Shown here piece after piece: positions 1 through 11,000 of a stretch of 46,820 nucleotides of DNA. The stretch spans positions 1 to 46,820 of the forward strand of contig DATJUF010000202.1 of the NCBI GenBank assembly GCA_035502655.1. The letters are read 5' to 3'. The notes below the pieces were generated by a model, which saw only the letters and a program-made list of their open reading frames with translations, was not told the origin of the DNA and did no database searches. A program made the position numbers and the translations under genes. Source of the stretch: Candidatus Binataceae bacterium (lineage in GTDB: Bacteria > Desulfobacterota > Binatia > Binatales > Binataceae). Positions within the stretch are counted from its first letter, which is position 1. Each line of letters opens with the position of its first letter.

Positions 1-336
1 GGGTGACGTCCTCCGCTTCTTCATTCTCACGCAGCATTAGCCGGCAAAGACCGAGGATGCGCGGGCGATGCCTGCGAAAAATCGCGTCATGGTCCGCATG
101 TTCATAATTGCCGCTATACAACGGAATTGGCTGCTTGGTCACTGTTCTGCTTCACCAGACGAGTGCATGGTTCATTTGGTTGACGCTGGGAAGAAGACTA
201 AGGTTGCGAAACAACGATGCCGCTCGCCGAATAAATCCAAGCGGCCTGAGGCCGTGGCGCGCGCTGGCTGACTATATCTGGACTAGTACGTCCACAATTG
301 AGATGATACTCGCTCAGGTTCGCGCCTTGATTGGCC

Positions 337-361
337 CCGGGCTTTGCGGCCCGGTTTATCT
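337..361 (+). terminator. Terminator-like GC hairpin with T-rich tail inside the mdtA upstream region
   Basis: CCGGGC (337-342) pairs with GCCCGG (349-354) around a 6-nt loop and is followed by TTTATCT (355-361). No convincing + strand ORF lies upstream, so what it would terminate is unclear. Confidence 0.3.
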
Positions 362-399
362 CACCCCGTGAATACCGGTTTTATTTCTCCCCGTGAATA
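353..399 (+). repeat. Tandem 22/23-nt direct repeat, candidate operator upstream of mdtABC
   Basis: GGTTTATCTCACCCCGTGAATA (353-374) and GGTTTTATTTCTCCCCGTGAATA (377-399) differ by one indel and two substitutions. The repeat ends 113 nt before the mdtA ATG. The repeat itself is certain; its function is inferred. Confidence 0.6.
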
Positions 400-511
400 G
401 ACGTTCGTTAGCTTCGCGATCGTAACCGTCGGGCTACGTCTTCGTCCTTCCTAAGATAGGCATAGAATTAGCTGGGTCGGTCGCCACGAGGCAGGGAACT
501 GGAGGTATTTG

Positions 512-1723
512 ATGAACTTGGACACATCGCCAACCGAACGGCAATCCACCGAAATGGATCGTCCGGTTACGATGTCGCGCCGGTGGTTCTGGCTAGTGCT
601 CGTAGTGATGATCGCAGCTGGCGCCTACTTCGTCATGGGCCGCATCGGCGGCCGCGCTCCCGCGGCAGAGACCTCCGCCGGTCATCAGCACAGCATTCCG
701 GTTGAAGTAGCCACTGCCCAAATCGGCGACCTAAATCACTATCTTACAGCGCTCGGATCGGTGACGGCCTTTTACACGGTTACGCTGATACCGCGGATTG
801 CTGGCGAGGTAATGCAAGTTGGGTTCAAGGAAGGGCAGTTTGTAAAAAAAGGCCAATTCCTGATTCAAATCGACCCGCGGCCGTATCAGGTTCAACTGGA
901 ACAGGCCATGGGGCAGCTTGCGAAGGACCGCGCAACACTACAGATCGACTCTCTTACCCTCAGCCGCTACCGGGTTCTGGTCGAACGGCAGGTAATCGCT
1001 CGGCAGGAATACGACCAGGAGGCCGCGACCGTCAAAGAGGATCAAGCAACGCTGATGAGTGACCAGGCAACGCTCGACACGGCCAAGCTCGATCTCATCT
1101 ACTGCCGGATAACCTCTCCGATCGATGGGCGAATCGGCTTGCGCATAGTCGATCCAGGCAATTACGTTCAGCCGACCAGCACCGGCCTCGCAGTGATTAC
1201 GCAAGTGCAGCCGATCGCAGTCACTTTTTCCATTCCCGAGGATAACCTCGAAGAAGTGCTGAGCGCGATGCGCGCCAATCCCAAATTGCCGGTTCAGGCC
1301 TACGATCGAAGTTTCAATAAGATGATATCGTCCGGCCAGCTGCTAGCGCTCAACAGCCAGATCAGTCAAAGCACGGGCACTATCGAATTCAAGGCACTAT
1401 TCAACAATAGCGACGGCAAGTTATTCCCGAATCAATTTGTGAATGTGCGGATGCTGGTCAGCACCCAGCCGCATGCGGTTTTGATCCCGGTTGCCGCGCT
1501 ACAGCATAATCCCCAGGGAACCTTCGTTTATGTGGTTAATTCCAGCCACAGCGTGGAAGCGCGCACGGTAACGCCCGGCAGTACCGAAGGCGGACTGGTG
1601 GCAATTAACAAAGGCCTCTCAGCCGGTGAAGTCGTTGTCACCAATGGGCTTGATCGCTTGCATCAAGGGACGAAGGTCGTACTGCAGATGGCCCAAAACA
1701 CTACATCTGAAAATAGCCAGTGA
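512..1723 (+). CDS. mdtA: RND efflux periplasmic adaptor (membrane fusion protein), MdtA-like
   Basis: ORF track 509..1723 starts at TTG. The ATG at 512 lies 6 nt after GGAGG (501-505). It has an N-terminal membrane anchor ([17 protein letters not shown]) and MFP-like segments ([17 protein letters not shown]). Its stop overlaps the next gene's start (GTGA at 1720-1723). Confidence 0.85.
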   Translation: MNLDTSPTERQSTEMDRPVTMSRRWFWLVLVVMIAAGAYFVMGRIGGRAPAAETSAGHQHSIPVEVATAQIGDLNHYLTALGSVTAFYTVTLIPRIAGEVMQVGFKEGQFVKKGQFLIQIDPRPYQVQLEQAMGQLAKDRATLQIDSLTLSRYRVLVERQVIARQEYDQEAATVKEDQATLMSDQATLDTAKLDLIYCRITSPIDGRIGLRIVDPGNYVQPTSTGLAVITQVQPIAVTFSIPEDNLEEVLSAMRANPKLPVQAYDRSFNKMISSGQLLALNSQISQSTGTIEFKALFNNSDGKLFPNQFVNVRMLVSTQPHAVLIPVAALQHNPQGTFVYVVNSSHSVEARTVTPGSTEGGLVAINKGLSAGEVVVTNGLDRLHQGTKVVLQMAQNTTSENSQ

Positions 1724-4700
1724 ACCCGTCACGCCTTTTTATCCAGCGTCCGGTCGCGACGTCCCTGCTGATGGTGGCGATAATGCTGGCTGGTATCGTC
1801 GCCTATCAGGAATTGCCTGTATCAACCCTGCCGGAGGTGGATTATCCCACAATCCAGGTGCTGACCTTCTACCCGGGCGCCAGTCCGGACGTCACTGCTT
1901 CCGGTGTAACCGCTCCCTTGGAACAGCAGTTCGGCCAGATTCCCGGGCTCAAGCAGATGACCTCGAGCAGTTCGTTCGGTTGTTCAGTCATCACGCTGGA
2001 GTTTGATCTAAGCCTCGATATTGATGTCGCCGAACAGGAAGTACAAGCGGCTATTAATGCAGCGTCCACCTATCTGCCGGCGGACTTACCCACTCCGCCG
2101 ATTTACAGCAAGGTCAATCCGGCTGACGCACCGATCCTGACTCTCGCGCTCACTTCCACTACGATGCCATTATCCCAGGTCGAGGATTTCGCAGATACCC
2201 GGCTCGGCCCGAAGATTTCCCAGGTGGCCGGCGTTGGCTTAGTGAGTATTGGTGGCGGACAGAAGCCAGCCGTTCGTGTCCAGGTCAATCCCACCGCTCT
2301 CTCTTCGTATGGCATCGGACTTGAACAGATACGCACCGCCATTGCCGATGCCAACGTGGACGAGGCCAAAGGCAACTTCGACGGACCACGCCTCGCATAC
2401 ACTATCGGTGACAATGACCAGTTGCTTACCGCCAAGGACTACAAGCCATTAATCGTCGCATACAGCAATGGCGCACCGGTCCGGCTTTCCGACGTCGCCA
2501 ACGTCATCGACGGTGCCGAGAACGTGAAGCAAGCGGCGTGGATGAATATGACTCCTGCGGTGATTCTGAATATCCAGCGCCAACCCGGAGCCAATATCAT
2601 TGCGGTGGCCGATCGCGTCAAGGCGATTCTGCCGCAGTTACAGTCGCTCTTGCCGTCCTCGGTGAAAGTGGTGGTGCTGACTGATCGCACGGTTACGATT
2701 CGCGCTTCAGTCAAAGACGTTGAGTTCGAATTACTGCTGACTATCGCGCTGGTAGTGATGGTCATTTTCCTCTTTCTGAGAAATCTCTCCGCAACCATCA
2801 TTCCAAGCGTCGCCGTACCACTGTCGTTGTTCGGCACCTTCGGCGTGATGTATCTGCTGGGGTACAGCCTTGACAATCTCTCCCTGATGGCGCTGACGAT
2901 CTCGACCGGATTCGTGGTCGACGACGCCATCGTGATGATCGAAAATATCACACGCTTCGTCGAGCAGGGCGACTCGCCTCTTGTGGCTGCGCTCAAGGGC
3001 TCGGAGCAAATCGGCTTTACGATTGTGTCATTAACGGTCTCGCTGATCGCTGTGCTGATTCCGCTGCTTTTCATGGGCGACATCGTCGGCCGCCTGTTCC
3101 GCGAATTTGCAATCACGCTCGCAGTGACTATCCTGGTTTCCGCGATCGTCTCCCTCACGCTTACTCCCATGATGTGCTCGCGGCTGCTGCGCCATAAGCC
3201 TGAGGCTCAGCGCGGGCGCTTTTACCGGGTCAGTGAATCAGCGTTCGAGTCGGTCATCGAGCGCTATGGAAGCACGCTTCGGTGGGTACTTAGGCACGAG
3301 GATATTACACTATTAGCCGCGATTGGCACTCTGATCCTGACAATCGTTCTATATACTGTTGTGCCCAAGGGCTTTTTCCCGGTGCAGGATACTGGCGTAA
3401 TCCAGGCAACTTCCCAGGCCGCCGATGATATTTCGTTTCCGGCAATGGCCCGCAAGCAGGAGCAGCTTGCCGCAATCATGCTTAAGGACCCCGCGGTCGA
3501 AAGCCTATCCTCCTTCGTGGGCATCGACGGCACCAATACGACCGTCAACAGCGGCCGCTTTCTAATCAACCTGAAACCGCTCGGCGAGCGCGGCAACGAC
3601 GGCAATATCAGCGATATAATCGCACGGATGCGAGATCAGCTAGCCGCGGTCAAAGGCACGTCAGTCAATCTGCAGCCGGTTCAGGATCTTACTATTGATG
3701 ATCGCATAAGCCCTGCCCAATATCAGTTCAGCCTCGAAGATCCAAATACCGGAGAACTGAATATCTGGACTGCGAATTTAATTGATCGGCTCAAGACTCT
3801 TCCTGAGCTGGAGGACATTTCCACCGATCAGCAGAACGGCGGCCTGAATGCGCAACTAGTGATTGACCGGCTGACGGCAGGACGGCTCGGCCTGACGCCA
3901 CAAACTATCGACGCCACGTTATATGATGGTTTCGGCCAGCGGCAGATTTCCACGATATTCACTCAGTTGAACCAGTACCATGTGGTGCTAGAGGTAGATC
4001 CCAAATATCAAAAAAGCCCTAAGTCGCTCGATGATATCTATCTGCCGGCGGCGAACGGCGACCCGATACCGCTTGGAGCGTTTACTCATTTTGTTCCACA
4101 AACCACGCCGCTAGTGGTAAACCATCAAGGACAATTTCCTGCCGTAACCGTCTCCTTTAATGCCGCTCCCGGATATTCACTCGGTGACGCAGTCGATGCG
4201 ATTAATGACACGATAAAATCGATCGATATGCCGCGCAGTATTGAGACCGCTTTTCAGGGCAGTGCGGCTGCATTTCAAGCTTCACTCAAAAATGAGCCTC
4301 TGTTGATACTTGCGGCGCTGGTAACGGTATATATCGTTCTGGGGGTCCTCTATGAGAGCTATATCCATCCGATAACGATCCTCTCGACGCTGCCTTCGGC
4401 TGGCGTCGGGGCGCTGCTCGCACTGATGCTTTGCGGTGACAACCTCAATGTCATCTCGCTGATCGGAATCATCCTGCTGATCGGTATTGTCAAGAAGAAT
4501 GCGATCATGATGATCGACTTCGCGCTCGAGGCTCAACGGAAAGAGGGTAAGAACCCGCGTGAAGCTATTTACGAAGCGTCACTCTTGCGCTTCCGGCCGA
4601 TCATGATGACAACTATGGCGGCATTGCTCGGCGCGTTACCGCTTGCGCTGGGCAGTGGAACGGGCTCCGAGTTGCGGCGTCCGCTCGGCATCGCGATTGT

Positions 4701-4842
4701 TGGGGGATTGCTGATCAGCCAGGTTCTCACGCTCTATACAACGCCGGTGATCTTCCTCGCTTTCGAAAGATTGGCGGCGCGCGCCGCCGGACATCGAAGC
4801 AAATCGGAGTATCCGGGCTCGGTTCCAGCCAGCGCATCATGA
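1720..4842 (+). CDS. mdtB: RND multidrug efflux permease, MdtB-like
   Basis: 1040-aa ORF with an AcrB/RND-type N-terminus ([21 protein letters not shown]) and the TM4 proton-relay motif [13 protein letters not shown]. It is translationally coupled to both neighbours. Confidence 0.9.
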   Translation: MNPSRLFIQRPVATSLLMVAIMLAGIVAYQELPVSTLPEVDYPTIQVLTFYPGASPDVTASGVTAPLEQQFGQIPGLKQMTSSSSFGCSVITLEFDLSLDIDVAEQEVQAAINAASTYLPADLPTPPIYSKVNPADAPILTLALTSTTMPLSQVEDFADTRLGPKISQVAGVGLVSIGGGQKPAVRVQVNPTALSSYGIGLEQIRTAIADANVDEAKGNFDGPRLAYTIGDNDQLLTAKDYKPLIVAYSNGAPVRLSDVANVIDGAENVKQAAWMNMTPAVILNIQRQPGANIIAVADRVKAILPQLQSLLPSSVKVVVLTDRTVTIRASVKDVEFELLLTIALVVMVIFLFLRNLSATIIPSVAVPLSLFGTFGVMYLLGYSLDNLSLMALTISTGFVVDDAIVMIENITRFVEQGDSPLVAALKGSEQIGFTIVSLTVSLIAVLIPLLFMGDIVGRLFREFAITLAVTILVSAIVSLTLTPMMCSRLLRHKPEAQRGRFYRVSESAFESVIERYGSTLRWVLRHEDITLLAAIGTLILTIVLYTVVPKGFFPVQDTGVIQATSQAADDISFPAMARKQEQLAAIMLKDPAVESLSSFVGIDGTNTTVNSGRFLINLKPLGERGNDGNISDIIARMRDQLAAVKGTSVNLQPVQDLTIDDRISPAQYQFSLEDPNTGELNIWTANLIDRLKTLPELEDISTDQQNGGLNAQLVIDRLTAGRLGLTPQTIDATLYDGFGQRQISTIFTQLNQYHVVLEVDPKYQKSPKSLDDIYLPAANGDPIPLGAFTHFVPQTTPLVVNHQGQFPAVTVSFNAAPGYSLGDAVDAINDTIKSIDMPRSIETAFQGSAAAFQASLKNEPLLILAALVTVYIVLGVLYESYIHPITILSTLPSAGVGALLALMLCGDNLNVISLIGIILLIGIVKKNAIMMIDFALEAQRKEGKNPREAIYEASLLRFRPIMMTTMAALLGALPLALGSGTGSELRRPLGIAIVGGLLISQVLTLYTTPVIFLAFERLAARAAGHRSKSEYPGSVPASAS

Positions 4843-7800
4843 GCATTTCCGAACCCTTCATTCGCAACTCGGTCGGAACCACGCTTCTGACGATCGCGAT
4901 AGCGCTGGCGGGCATCGTAGCTTTCCGGCTATTGCCCGTCGCGCCCCTGCCTCAGGTTGATTTCCCGACAATCCAGGTTCAGGCGCTGCTTCCCGGCGGC
5001 AGTCCCGAAACGATGGCGTCCTCGGTGGCGACACCGCTGGAGCGGCAGTTTGGCCGGATCGCATCGCTTACTGAACTTACTTCCACCAGTTCGCTCGGCA
5101 CGACTAATGTCGTTCTTCAGTTCAGCCTCAACCGGAATATCGATGCTGCTGCGCGTGACGTGGAAGCCGCTATCAACGCCGCGCGAAGCCAGTTGCCGAC
5201 CACGCTGCAAAGTAATCCTACTTATCGCAAAGTAAACCCTGCGGATGCGCCGATTCTTATTATTGCGCTCACTTCTGATAGCCTGAAGATGGGCCAGATA
5301 TACGATGCCGCCGACTCGATCCTCGCGCAGAAGCTTTCGCAGATGCCGGGGGTCGGCCAGGTCATAGTCGGCGGCGGCGCGCTGCCGGCCGTGCGAGTTG
5401 AATTAAACCCCAACACGCTCAACAAGTATGGCATCGGGCTGGAGCAGATCCGCACCGTTCTGAGCGATGCAAACGTCAATAGCCCGAAAGGAGAGTTTTC
5501 GGGGAATAATCATACCTGGACTATCAGCACCACCGACCAGTTACTTAAGGCCGACCTGTATAAACCGCTTATAGTAACTTACCACAATGGCGCGCCGGTC
5601 CAGTTATCCAGTCTTGGCGATGTGGTGGATTCCGTTCAGGACATACGCAATATCGGGCTGGTAGACGGAAAACGAGCGATTAACCTGATCATCTTTCGCC
5701 AGCCGGGCGCCAACATTATAAGTACCGTAGATAATGTCCTCGCGTCGATGCCGGCGCTGCAAGCGAGCATTTCACCCGCGATCAATTTGTCTGTGGTGCT
5801 GGACCGGACCACGACGATCCGCGCCTCCGTCAGCGATGTTGAAATCACCCTGCTGATATCAATCGCGCTGGTCGTACTGGTGGTTTTTGCATTTCTGCGC
5901 GATCTGCGCGCAACAGTTATTCCTGGTATCGTCGTTCCGCTCTCTCTTGTCGGCACGTTCGGCGTGATGTACCTGCTGGGCTACAGCCTCGATAATCTAT
6001 CGCTGATGGCGCTGACGATCTCGACCGGATTCGTGGTCGACGACGCGATCGTGGTGATCGAAAATATCACCCGTTATCGCGATCAGGGCATGGGGGCCTA
6101 CCAGGCGGCGATCAAAGGCGCCGCCGAGATTGGCTTCACTGTACTTTCGATAAGCATTTCATTAGTTGCGGTTTTCATACCGATTCTATTGATGGGCGGA
6201 ATTGTGGGCCGGCTGTTCCGTGAATTCGCGGTCACTTTATCCACCGCGATCGTGGTATCAATGGCTATCTCGCTCACAACCACGCCAATGATGTGCGCGA
6301 AGCTTCTGCGATCACACGACTCCCGCGGACACGGACGCCTTTATAACATGGGCGAGCGCGCATTCGATTGGGCACTAACTCATTATGAATCCAGCCTCAG
6401 GTGGGTACTGCGTCATGCGCCGATAGTGTTAGCCATTGCACTGGCAACCCTGGCACTCAACATCTACTTATTCATGATCATTCCTAAAGGCTTTTTTCCT
6501 GAACAGGATACCGGCCGGCTGATGGGTGCAATAATGGCCGATCAGGACATATCCTTTCAGAACATGCGGAAAATGCTTACTGAATTCGTCGATACGATAA
6601 AAAAAGATCCGGCAGTGGATCACGTTATCGGATTCGCGGGCTCGACGGCCGGCGCAATGAATTCCGCCCGTATGTTTATCGCGCTTAAGCCGCTCGATCA
6701 GAGAGGAATCAGCGCGCAAGGAGTTATCGCACGCCTGCGAAAGGCAACTGCCAGAATACCCGGCGCGGCGCTATATCTTCAGGCTACGCAAGACCTGCGC
6801 GTCGGTGGCCGCTCGGCCAACGCCGAATATCAATATACCTTGCAAGGTGAAAATCTCGACGAATTGAACAAGTGGGGACCCAGGCTGCTCAAGAAATTGG
6901 GCTCGATGCGAATAATAACTGATGTGAATAGCGATCAGGAAAATCACGGCCTCGAATCGGACGTGGTGGTGGATCGCGATACAGCCGCACGGCTCGGACT
7001 GAACCAGCAGCTAATCGACAATACGCTCTATGATGCTTTCGGCCAGCGGCAGGTCTCTACCATGTACAGGCCGCTGAATCAGTATCATGTGGTCGAGGAA
7101 GTCGCACCGCAGTACTGGCAAGACCCTGCAACGCTCAGGCAGATCGACGTTCAATCGCCCACTGGCGCACAGATCAAGCTCAGCAGCTTCTGCCATTTCG
7201 GTACTTCCACTGCTCCGCTGGAAGTGAATCACCAGGGACAATTCCCCGCCGTCACAATCGCTTTCAACCTGGCGCCAGGCGTTTCACTTGGCCAGGCCGT
7301 GAACGCGATAAATGATGCCGAGCGTTCGATTGGCCTGCCGTCTGATATTATCGGCAGCTTTCAAGGAACAGCGCAGGCTTTCGAGGCCTCGCTGGCGAAT
7401 GAGTCATTTCTGATCCTGGCGGCACTCGGCGCAGTATATATTGTACTGGGTATTCTCTATGAGAGTTATGTTCATCCGATCACGATTTTATCGACGCTGC
7501 CGTCAGCGGGCGTAGGCGCCTTGCTGGCGCTGATGCTTTTCCATATCGATCTGACGATTATAGCCTTGATCGGGATTGTACTGCTTATCGGTATCGTCAA
7601 GAAAAACGCGATTATGATGATCGACTTTGCGCTCGCCGCCGAGCGTAATGAAGGCAAGAACTCCGCCGATGCGATTTATGAGGCATGCACACTGCGTTTC
7701 CGGCCAATCATGATGACTACGATGGCGGCGATGCTCGGCGGGCTTCCGCTAGCAGTGGGCGGCGGGACGGGATCGGAGTTACGGCAGCCTCTGGGAATCG

Positions 7801-7970
7801 CGATAGTTGGCGGCTTGCTGGTAAGCCAGTTGCTGACGCTCTATACCACGCCGGTAATCTATCTATATCTCGACCGCCTGCGGTTATGGTTCCTGCATCA
7901 TCGCCGCCGGCTCACGCAGAAAATCTCAGGCTCGCTTGGCCACGGAGGCGCCGCACCATCACATTCGTAG
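4839..7970 (+). CDS. mdtC: RND multidrug efflux permease, MdtC-like (second pump of a tandem pair)
   Basis: 1043-aa paralogue of the preceding gene. Its ATG overlaps the mdtB stop (ATGA). It carries the same RND motifs ([30 protein letters not shown]). The adaptor plus two tandem RND genes matches the mdtABC arrangement. Confidence 0.9.
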   Translation: MSISEPFIRNSVGTTLLTIAIALAGIVAFRLLPVAPLPQVDFPTIQVQALLPGGSPETMASSVATPLERQFGRIASLTELTSTSSLGTTNVVLQFSLNRNIDAAARDVEAAINAARSQLPTTLQSNPTYRKVNPADAPILIIALTSDSLKMGQIYDAADSILAQKLSQMPGVGQVIVGGGALPAVRVELNPNTLNKYGIGLEQIRTVLSDANVNSPKGEFSGNNHTWTISTTDQLLKADLYKPLIVTYHNGAPVQLSSLGDVVDSVQDIRNIGLVDGKRAINLIIFRQPGANIISTVDNVLASMPALQASISPAINLSVVLDRTTTIRASVSDVEITLLISIALVVLVVFAFLRDLRATVIPGIVVPLSLVGTFGVMYLLGYSLDNLSLMALTISTGFVVDDAIVVIENITRYRDQGMGAYQAAIKGAAEIGFTVLSISISLVAVFIPILLMGGIVGRLFREFAVTLSTAIVVSMAISLTTTPMMCAKLLRSHDSRGHGRLYNMGERAFDWALTHYESSLRWVLRHAPIVLAIALATLALNIYLFMIIPKGFFPEQDTGRLMGAIMADQDISFQNMRKMLTEFVDTIKKDPAVDHVIGFAGSTAGAMNSARMFIALKPLDQRGISAQGVIARLRKATARIPGAALYLQATQDLRVGGRSANAEYQYTLQGENLDELNKWGPRLLKKLGSMRIITDVNSDQENHGLESDVVVDRDTAARLGLNQQLIDNTLYDAFGQRQVSTMYRPLNQYHVVEEVAPQYWQDPATLRQIDVQSPTGAQIKLSSFCHFGTSTAPLEVNHQGQFPAVTIAFNLAPGVSLGQAVNAINDAERSIGLPSDIIGSFQGTAQAFEASLANESFLILAALGAVYIVLGILYESYVHPITILSTLPSAGVGALLALMLFHIDLTIIALIGIVLLIGIVKKNAIMMIDFALAAERNEGKNSADAIYEACTLRFRPIMMTTMAAMLGGLPLAVGGGTGSELRQPLGIAIVGGLLVSQLLTLYTTPVIYLYLDRLRLWFLHHRRRLTQKISGSLGHGGAAPSHS

Positions 7971-8038
7971 CCTCTCTTGCGTGAGCCGCTTCGAAAGCAG
8001 GATTAATTGAACTTCGAGGTGCGGATGATTGATTTTAT

Positions 8039-8115
8039 TGGCGCGCCCTGAGGGATTTGAACCCCCGGCCTGATGATCCGTAGTCATCCGCTCTAATCCG
8101 CTGAGCTAAGGGCGC
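8039..8115 (-). tRNA. tRNA-Arg (anticodon ACG)
   Basis: A 77-nt cloverleaf folds by hand on the minus strand. Acceptor is GCGCCCT/AGGGCGC. D arm is GCTC-AGCGGATTA-GAGC. Anticodon arm is GATGA-CTACGGA-TCATC, giving anticodon ACG. T arm is GGGGG-TTCAAAT-CCCTC. Discriminator is G and the CCA is encoded. Confidence 0.9.
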
Positions 8116-8169
8116 GCGGGAATTTATGACTGTTCCATATCGCCGACACGCCTGCAAGATGGAGCGCCG

Positions 8170-9300
8170 CTATAGGAGTGCCGCCGGCAGCCATATCGTG
8201 ACGGTGGTGCCCTCACGCAGACGGCTTTCGATAGCCAGCGTTCCTTGATGCATCTGGAGGATATGCTTGACGATAGCCAGCCCGAGGCCGGTGCCACCCA
8301 ACTCGCGCGAGCGGGCGCGATCTACACGGTAGAAACGTTCCGTAAGGCGCGGAATATCAGCAGCTGGAACCCCCTCTCCGGTATCAATCACTTTGAAAGC
8401 GACCCCGGGACGATCTCTGCTGCCATTCGTTCCGCCAGACAGGGCGAGGACTTCGGTGGTAACGCGTCCACCGCGCGGAGTGTATTTGAGCGCATTGTCG
8501 AGCAGATTGAGCAATACTTGCTGCATCCGATCGTGGTCGGCCTGGATCGACGGAAGCGTTTCGGCGCAGCGCAATTCAAGCTCGATTTCGGCACGCCGCG
8601 CCCGCTCGCCGACCAAATCAACAATCTCGGCCGCCAGCTCGGACGGCTCGATTGATTCCAGTTTGAGCGGTGTTAGTCCACGCTCAAGGTCAGAGAGTGA
8701 TATCAGGTCGTCTATCAGGCGCGCGAGCCGCTGCGCCTGACGATCGATAATTGCAAGGAAGCGGCGTTCGGTTTCACGGTCGTCGACACCGCGGGAGAGC
8801 GTCTCCGCATAGCCGCATAAGGCACTGAGCGGGGTGCGCAGTTCATGGGTCAGATTCGCGATAAAGTCGGTGCGGGCAGTTTCATAGAGCTTGAGGCGCG
8901 TGATGTCATGGAAGACCAGGACGCGCGCCGCCGCGCCGCCATGACGTACGGGAGCAGCACTAACCTCAAGATGGCGTGCAGCAGGGGTTTGAATCGCAAA
9001 TTCACCGTTCAGCACGCCGCCTTCGCCGACGGTGGCGCGCGCGACGAACTCCTGCAGGCGCGGGTCGCGGCACAGTTCGACGAACTCGCGCCCAGTGTGG
9101 CCAGCGCCGGGCGCGAGGCCAAAAAGCTGCCGCGCCGCACCGTTCATCAGCACAACCTCACCGCGCGCACCGGTCACAACGACCGCCTCGGTCATGCTGC
9201 GCAGGATGGCCTCGAATTCCTCGCGCTGCTCTTCGAGTGCATCGAATTGCACGACCAGTGCGTCGGCAGTTTCAAGCAAACGGCGCTCGGCCAGACTCAT
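8170..9300 (-). CDS. phoR: Phosphate regulon sensor histidine kinase PhoR (PAS + HisKA + HATPase_c)
   Basis: It has the H-box FIANLTHELRTPL, N box LLNLLDNALKY, G1 box VIDTGEGV and G2 box GGTGLGL. It sits directly downstream of phoB. Coordinates use the first canonical start (ATG 9300). The same frame stays open upstream to 9576 and encodes two TM helices (see findings). Confidence 0.85.
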   Translation of the reverse strand: MSLAERRLLETADALVVQFDALEEQREEFEAILRSMTEAVVVTGARGEVVLMNGAARQLFGLAPGAGHTGREFVELCRDPRLQEFVARATVGEGGVLNGEFAIQTPAARHLEVSAAPVRHGGAAARVLVFHDITRLKLYETARTDFIANLTHELRTPLSALCGYAETLSRGVDDRETERRFLAIIDRQAQRLARLIDDLISLSDLERGLTPLKLESIEPSELAAEIVDLVGERARRAEIELELRCAETLPSIQADHDRMQQVLLNLLDNALKYTPRGGRVTTEVLALSGGTNGSRDRPGVAFKVIDTGEGVPAADIPRLTERFYRVDRARSRELGGTGLGLAIVKHILQMHQGTLAIESRLREGTTVTIWLPAALL

Positions 9301-9557
9301 CGGATCGCGCTCGGCGCCGATTACATGGGAGGGTGCGCGATGCTCTGCAAGTGAGCCTGCAATATCCTGGAGCCGTTCAGCGCGGCGGGACCATTCGCGG
9401 ATAATGCCGGCAGTGACTGCAAGCGCGATCGCAAGGCTTACGCCGATGGCGCCTCCACTGAGCGCCAGGGATATGCCATGATGCGCCGAGGCCAGAATCA
9501 GAACCGCCGCAAGCGGCAGCAGGCTCAGCGTAATTAATGTGAAGAGCCTTGCCGTCG

Positions 9558-10298
9558 TTACTCCAGGGCGTCGGGATTAAAACGATAGCCGACGCTGCGC
9601 ACAGTCAGGATTAGCTCCGGCTTGGCGTCGTCACGTTCGACTTGCTGGCGTAACCTGCGGACGTGCACGTCAACCGTGCGAGGCTCAACGAAAGTGTCGC
9701 GTCCCCAAACCAGGTCGAGCAGTTGCTCGCGGCTGTAGACGCGCATCGGATGCTGAGCGAAGAAGCGCAACAGTTCGAACTCGCGCAACGCTAGGTCTTT
9801 GCGGACGCCGTCTACAAAGACTTCGTAAGTCCCGAAATCGATTTTGAGGCGCCCGTGCTCGTAAGTTCCGGGCGCGACTGGTTCGGTTGAGGCACCCGTG
9901 CGGCGCAAGAGTGCCTTTACGCGCGCGACCACCTCCCGCGGGCTGAACGGCTTGACAACGTAGTCATCGGCGCCCATTTCCAGGCCGAGGATGCGATCGA
10001 CTTCGGCGCCCTTGGCGGTTACTACCAGGATCGGCAAGCGCGCGGTCTCGGTGGCAGAGCGCATCCGGCGGCAAAGCTCAAGTCCCGACATCCGCGGCAG
10101 CATCAAATCGAGCACGAGGAGATCAGGGGCACGGCGGGCAATACGATCGAGCGCCTCGGCGCCGTCGGCTGCTTCCTCGACCGCGAAGCCTTCCTGCACC
10201 AGGTTATAACGGAGCAATTCGCGGATATCGCCTTCGTCCTCGACCACGAGGATTTTCTGGCGGATCCGCTCACGATTGGGCTCTGCTGCCTGATTCAT
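9558..10298 (-). CDS. phoB: Phosphate regulon response regulator PhoB (OmpR/winged-helix family)
   Basis: Receiver domain (ILVVEDEGDI, LVLDLMLP, VVTAKG) plus a winged-helix C-terminus (LTVRSVGYRF). Its start overlaps the phoU stop. Confidence 0.9.
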   Translation of the reverse strand: MNQAAEPNRERIRQKILVVEDEGDIRELLRYNLVQEGFAVEEAADGAEALDRIARRAPDLLVLDLMLPRMSGLELCRRMRSATETARLPILVVTAKGAEVDRILGLEMGADDYVVKPFSPREVVARVKALLRRTGASTEPVAPGTYEHGRLKIDFGTYEVFVDGVRKDLALREFELLRFFAQHPMRVYSREQLLDLVWGRDTFVEPRTVDVHVRRLRQQVERDDAKPELILTVRSVGYRFNPDALE

Positions 10299-10984
10299 GC
10301 TCTGTGCTTATCCATATGTTTAATCGACCGGCCCTTGACCATATAAACGACCATTTCAGCAATATTAGTGGCATGATCGGCAATCCGTTCGAGATACTTT
10401 GAGATAAACAGGATCTTGGTAGCGCGCGGGATCGTCTGCGGATCTTCCACCATATAGCTTAGTAATTCGCGATAGGTCTGGTAGTTAAGCTGATCCACGT
10501 CATCGTCGCGGGCGATGACTTCAGCGGCGAGTTCGATATCACCGCGCATGAAGGCATCGAGGGCATCCTTGACCATGGTCTGGGCGATATCGGCCATCCG
10601 CGGAATGTCGATATAGGGCTTGAGCTGTGGCTCAGTATTAAGCTCGATTGCACGTTCACAAATGTTGACCGCATTGTCGCCGATCCGTTCGAGATCGGTC
10701 GTAATCTTAAGCCCTGTCGTGATAAAGCGCAGGTCGCTGGCGGTCGGCTGATGGAGCGCGAGCAGGCTGATACAGCGTTGGTCCATCTCGGTGTCGAGCC
10801 GGTTAACCTCGACATCGCCCTGGATGGTCTCGCGGGCCTGTTCGGTATTGCGATTCACCAATGACTCGACGGCTTCGACAATCTGCCGTTCCACCATCCC
10901 GCCCATCCTGAGAAGGCCGGCGCGCAGGCCGCGCAAATCCTCTTCATATTGACGGTTGGTATGCTGGGGCTGAGAAATTTCCAT
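10295..10984 (-). CDS. phoU: Phosphate signalling accessory protein PhoU
   Basis: 229 aa with the two-repeat PhoU architecture; the (D/E)xxERIGD-type motif occurs twice (DLERIGDNA, YLERIADHA). It lies between pstB and phoB. Confidence 0.9.
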   Translation of the reverse strand: MEISQPQHTNRQYEEDLRGLRAGLLRMGGMVERQIVEAVESLVNRNTEQARETIQGDVEVNRLDTEMDQRCISLLALHQPTASDLRFITTGLKITTDLERIGDNAVNICERAIELNTEPQLKPYIDIPRMADIAQTMVKDALDAFMRGDIELAAEVIARDDDVDQLNYQTYRELLSYMVEDPQTIPRATKILFISKYLERIADHATNIAEMVVYMVKGRSIKHMDKHRA

Positions 10985-11000
10985 TTACTACTCCCGGCGC

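Noticed and set aside
1-40. Window edge: either the end of a + strand gene (...GDVLRFFILTQH*, stop 38-40) or the start of a minus-strand gene (ATG at 37-35, MLRENEEAEDVT...).
   Set aside because: Only about 12 codons are visible and both readings are open. There is not enough information to call either.
332-348. Sigma-54-like -24/-12 element, TGGCCC-N-TTTGC, upstream of mdtA.
   Set aside because: The GG-to-GC spacing is one nucleotide longer than in the TGGCAC-N5-TTGC consensus, and the -24 element is degenerate. The same bases are better explained as part of the hairpin.
68-371. Track ORFs 68..271 and 108..371 upstream of mdtA as possible small proteins or a missing regulator.
   Set aside because: They overlap each other in different frames and have no SD, no recognisable motif (no TetR/MarR-like HTH) and odd composition. 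I treat the region as non-coding leader.
2439-3170. Long antisense and shadow ORFs inside confirmed genes. Examples: 2439..3170(-), 16007..16615(-), 20609..21271(+), 21290..21976(+), 23909..24595(+), 27998..28594(-), 30299..31075(-), 36050..36787(+), 40159..40698(+), 45080..45655(-).
   Set aside because: Each lies wholly within, and opposite or out of frame to, a gene with strong family motifs. Their translations are Arg/Ala/Ser/Pro-rich low-complexity strings, typical of GC-rich shadow frames.
8039-8169. tRNA-Arg as an integration hotspot marking a genomic island.
   Set aside because: No integrase, no visible duplicated tRNA 3' fragment and no compositional break. Both flanks are ordinary chromosomal operons (mdtABC and pst-pho).
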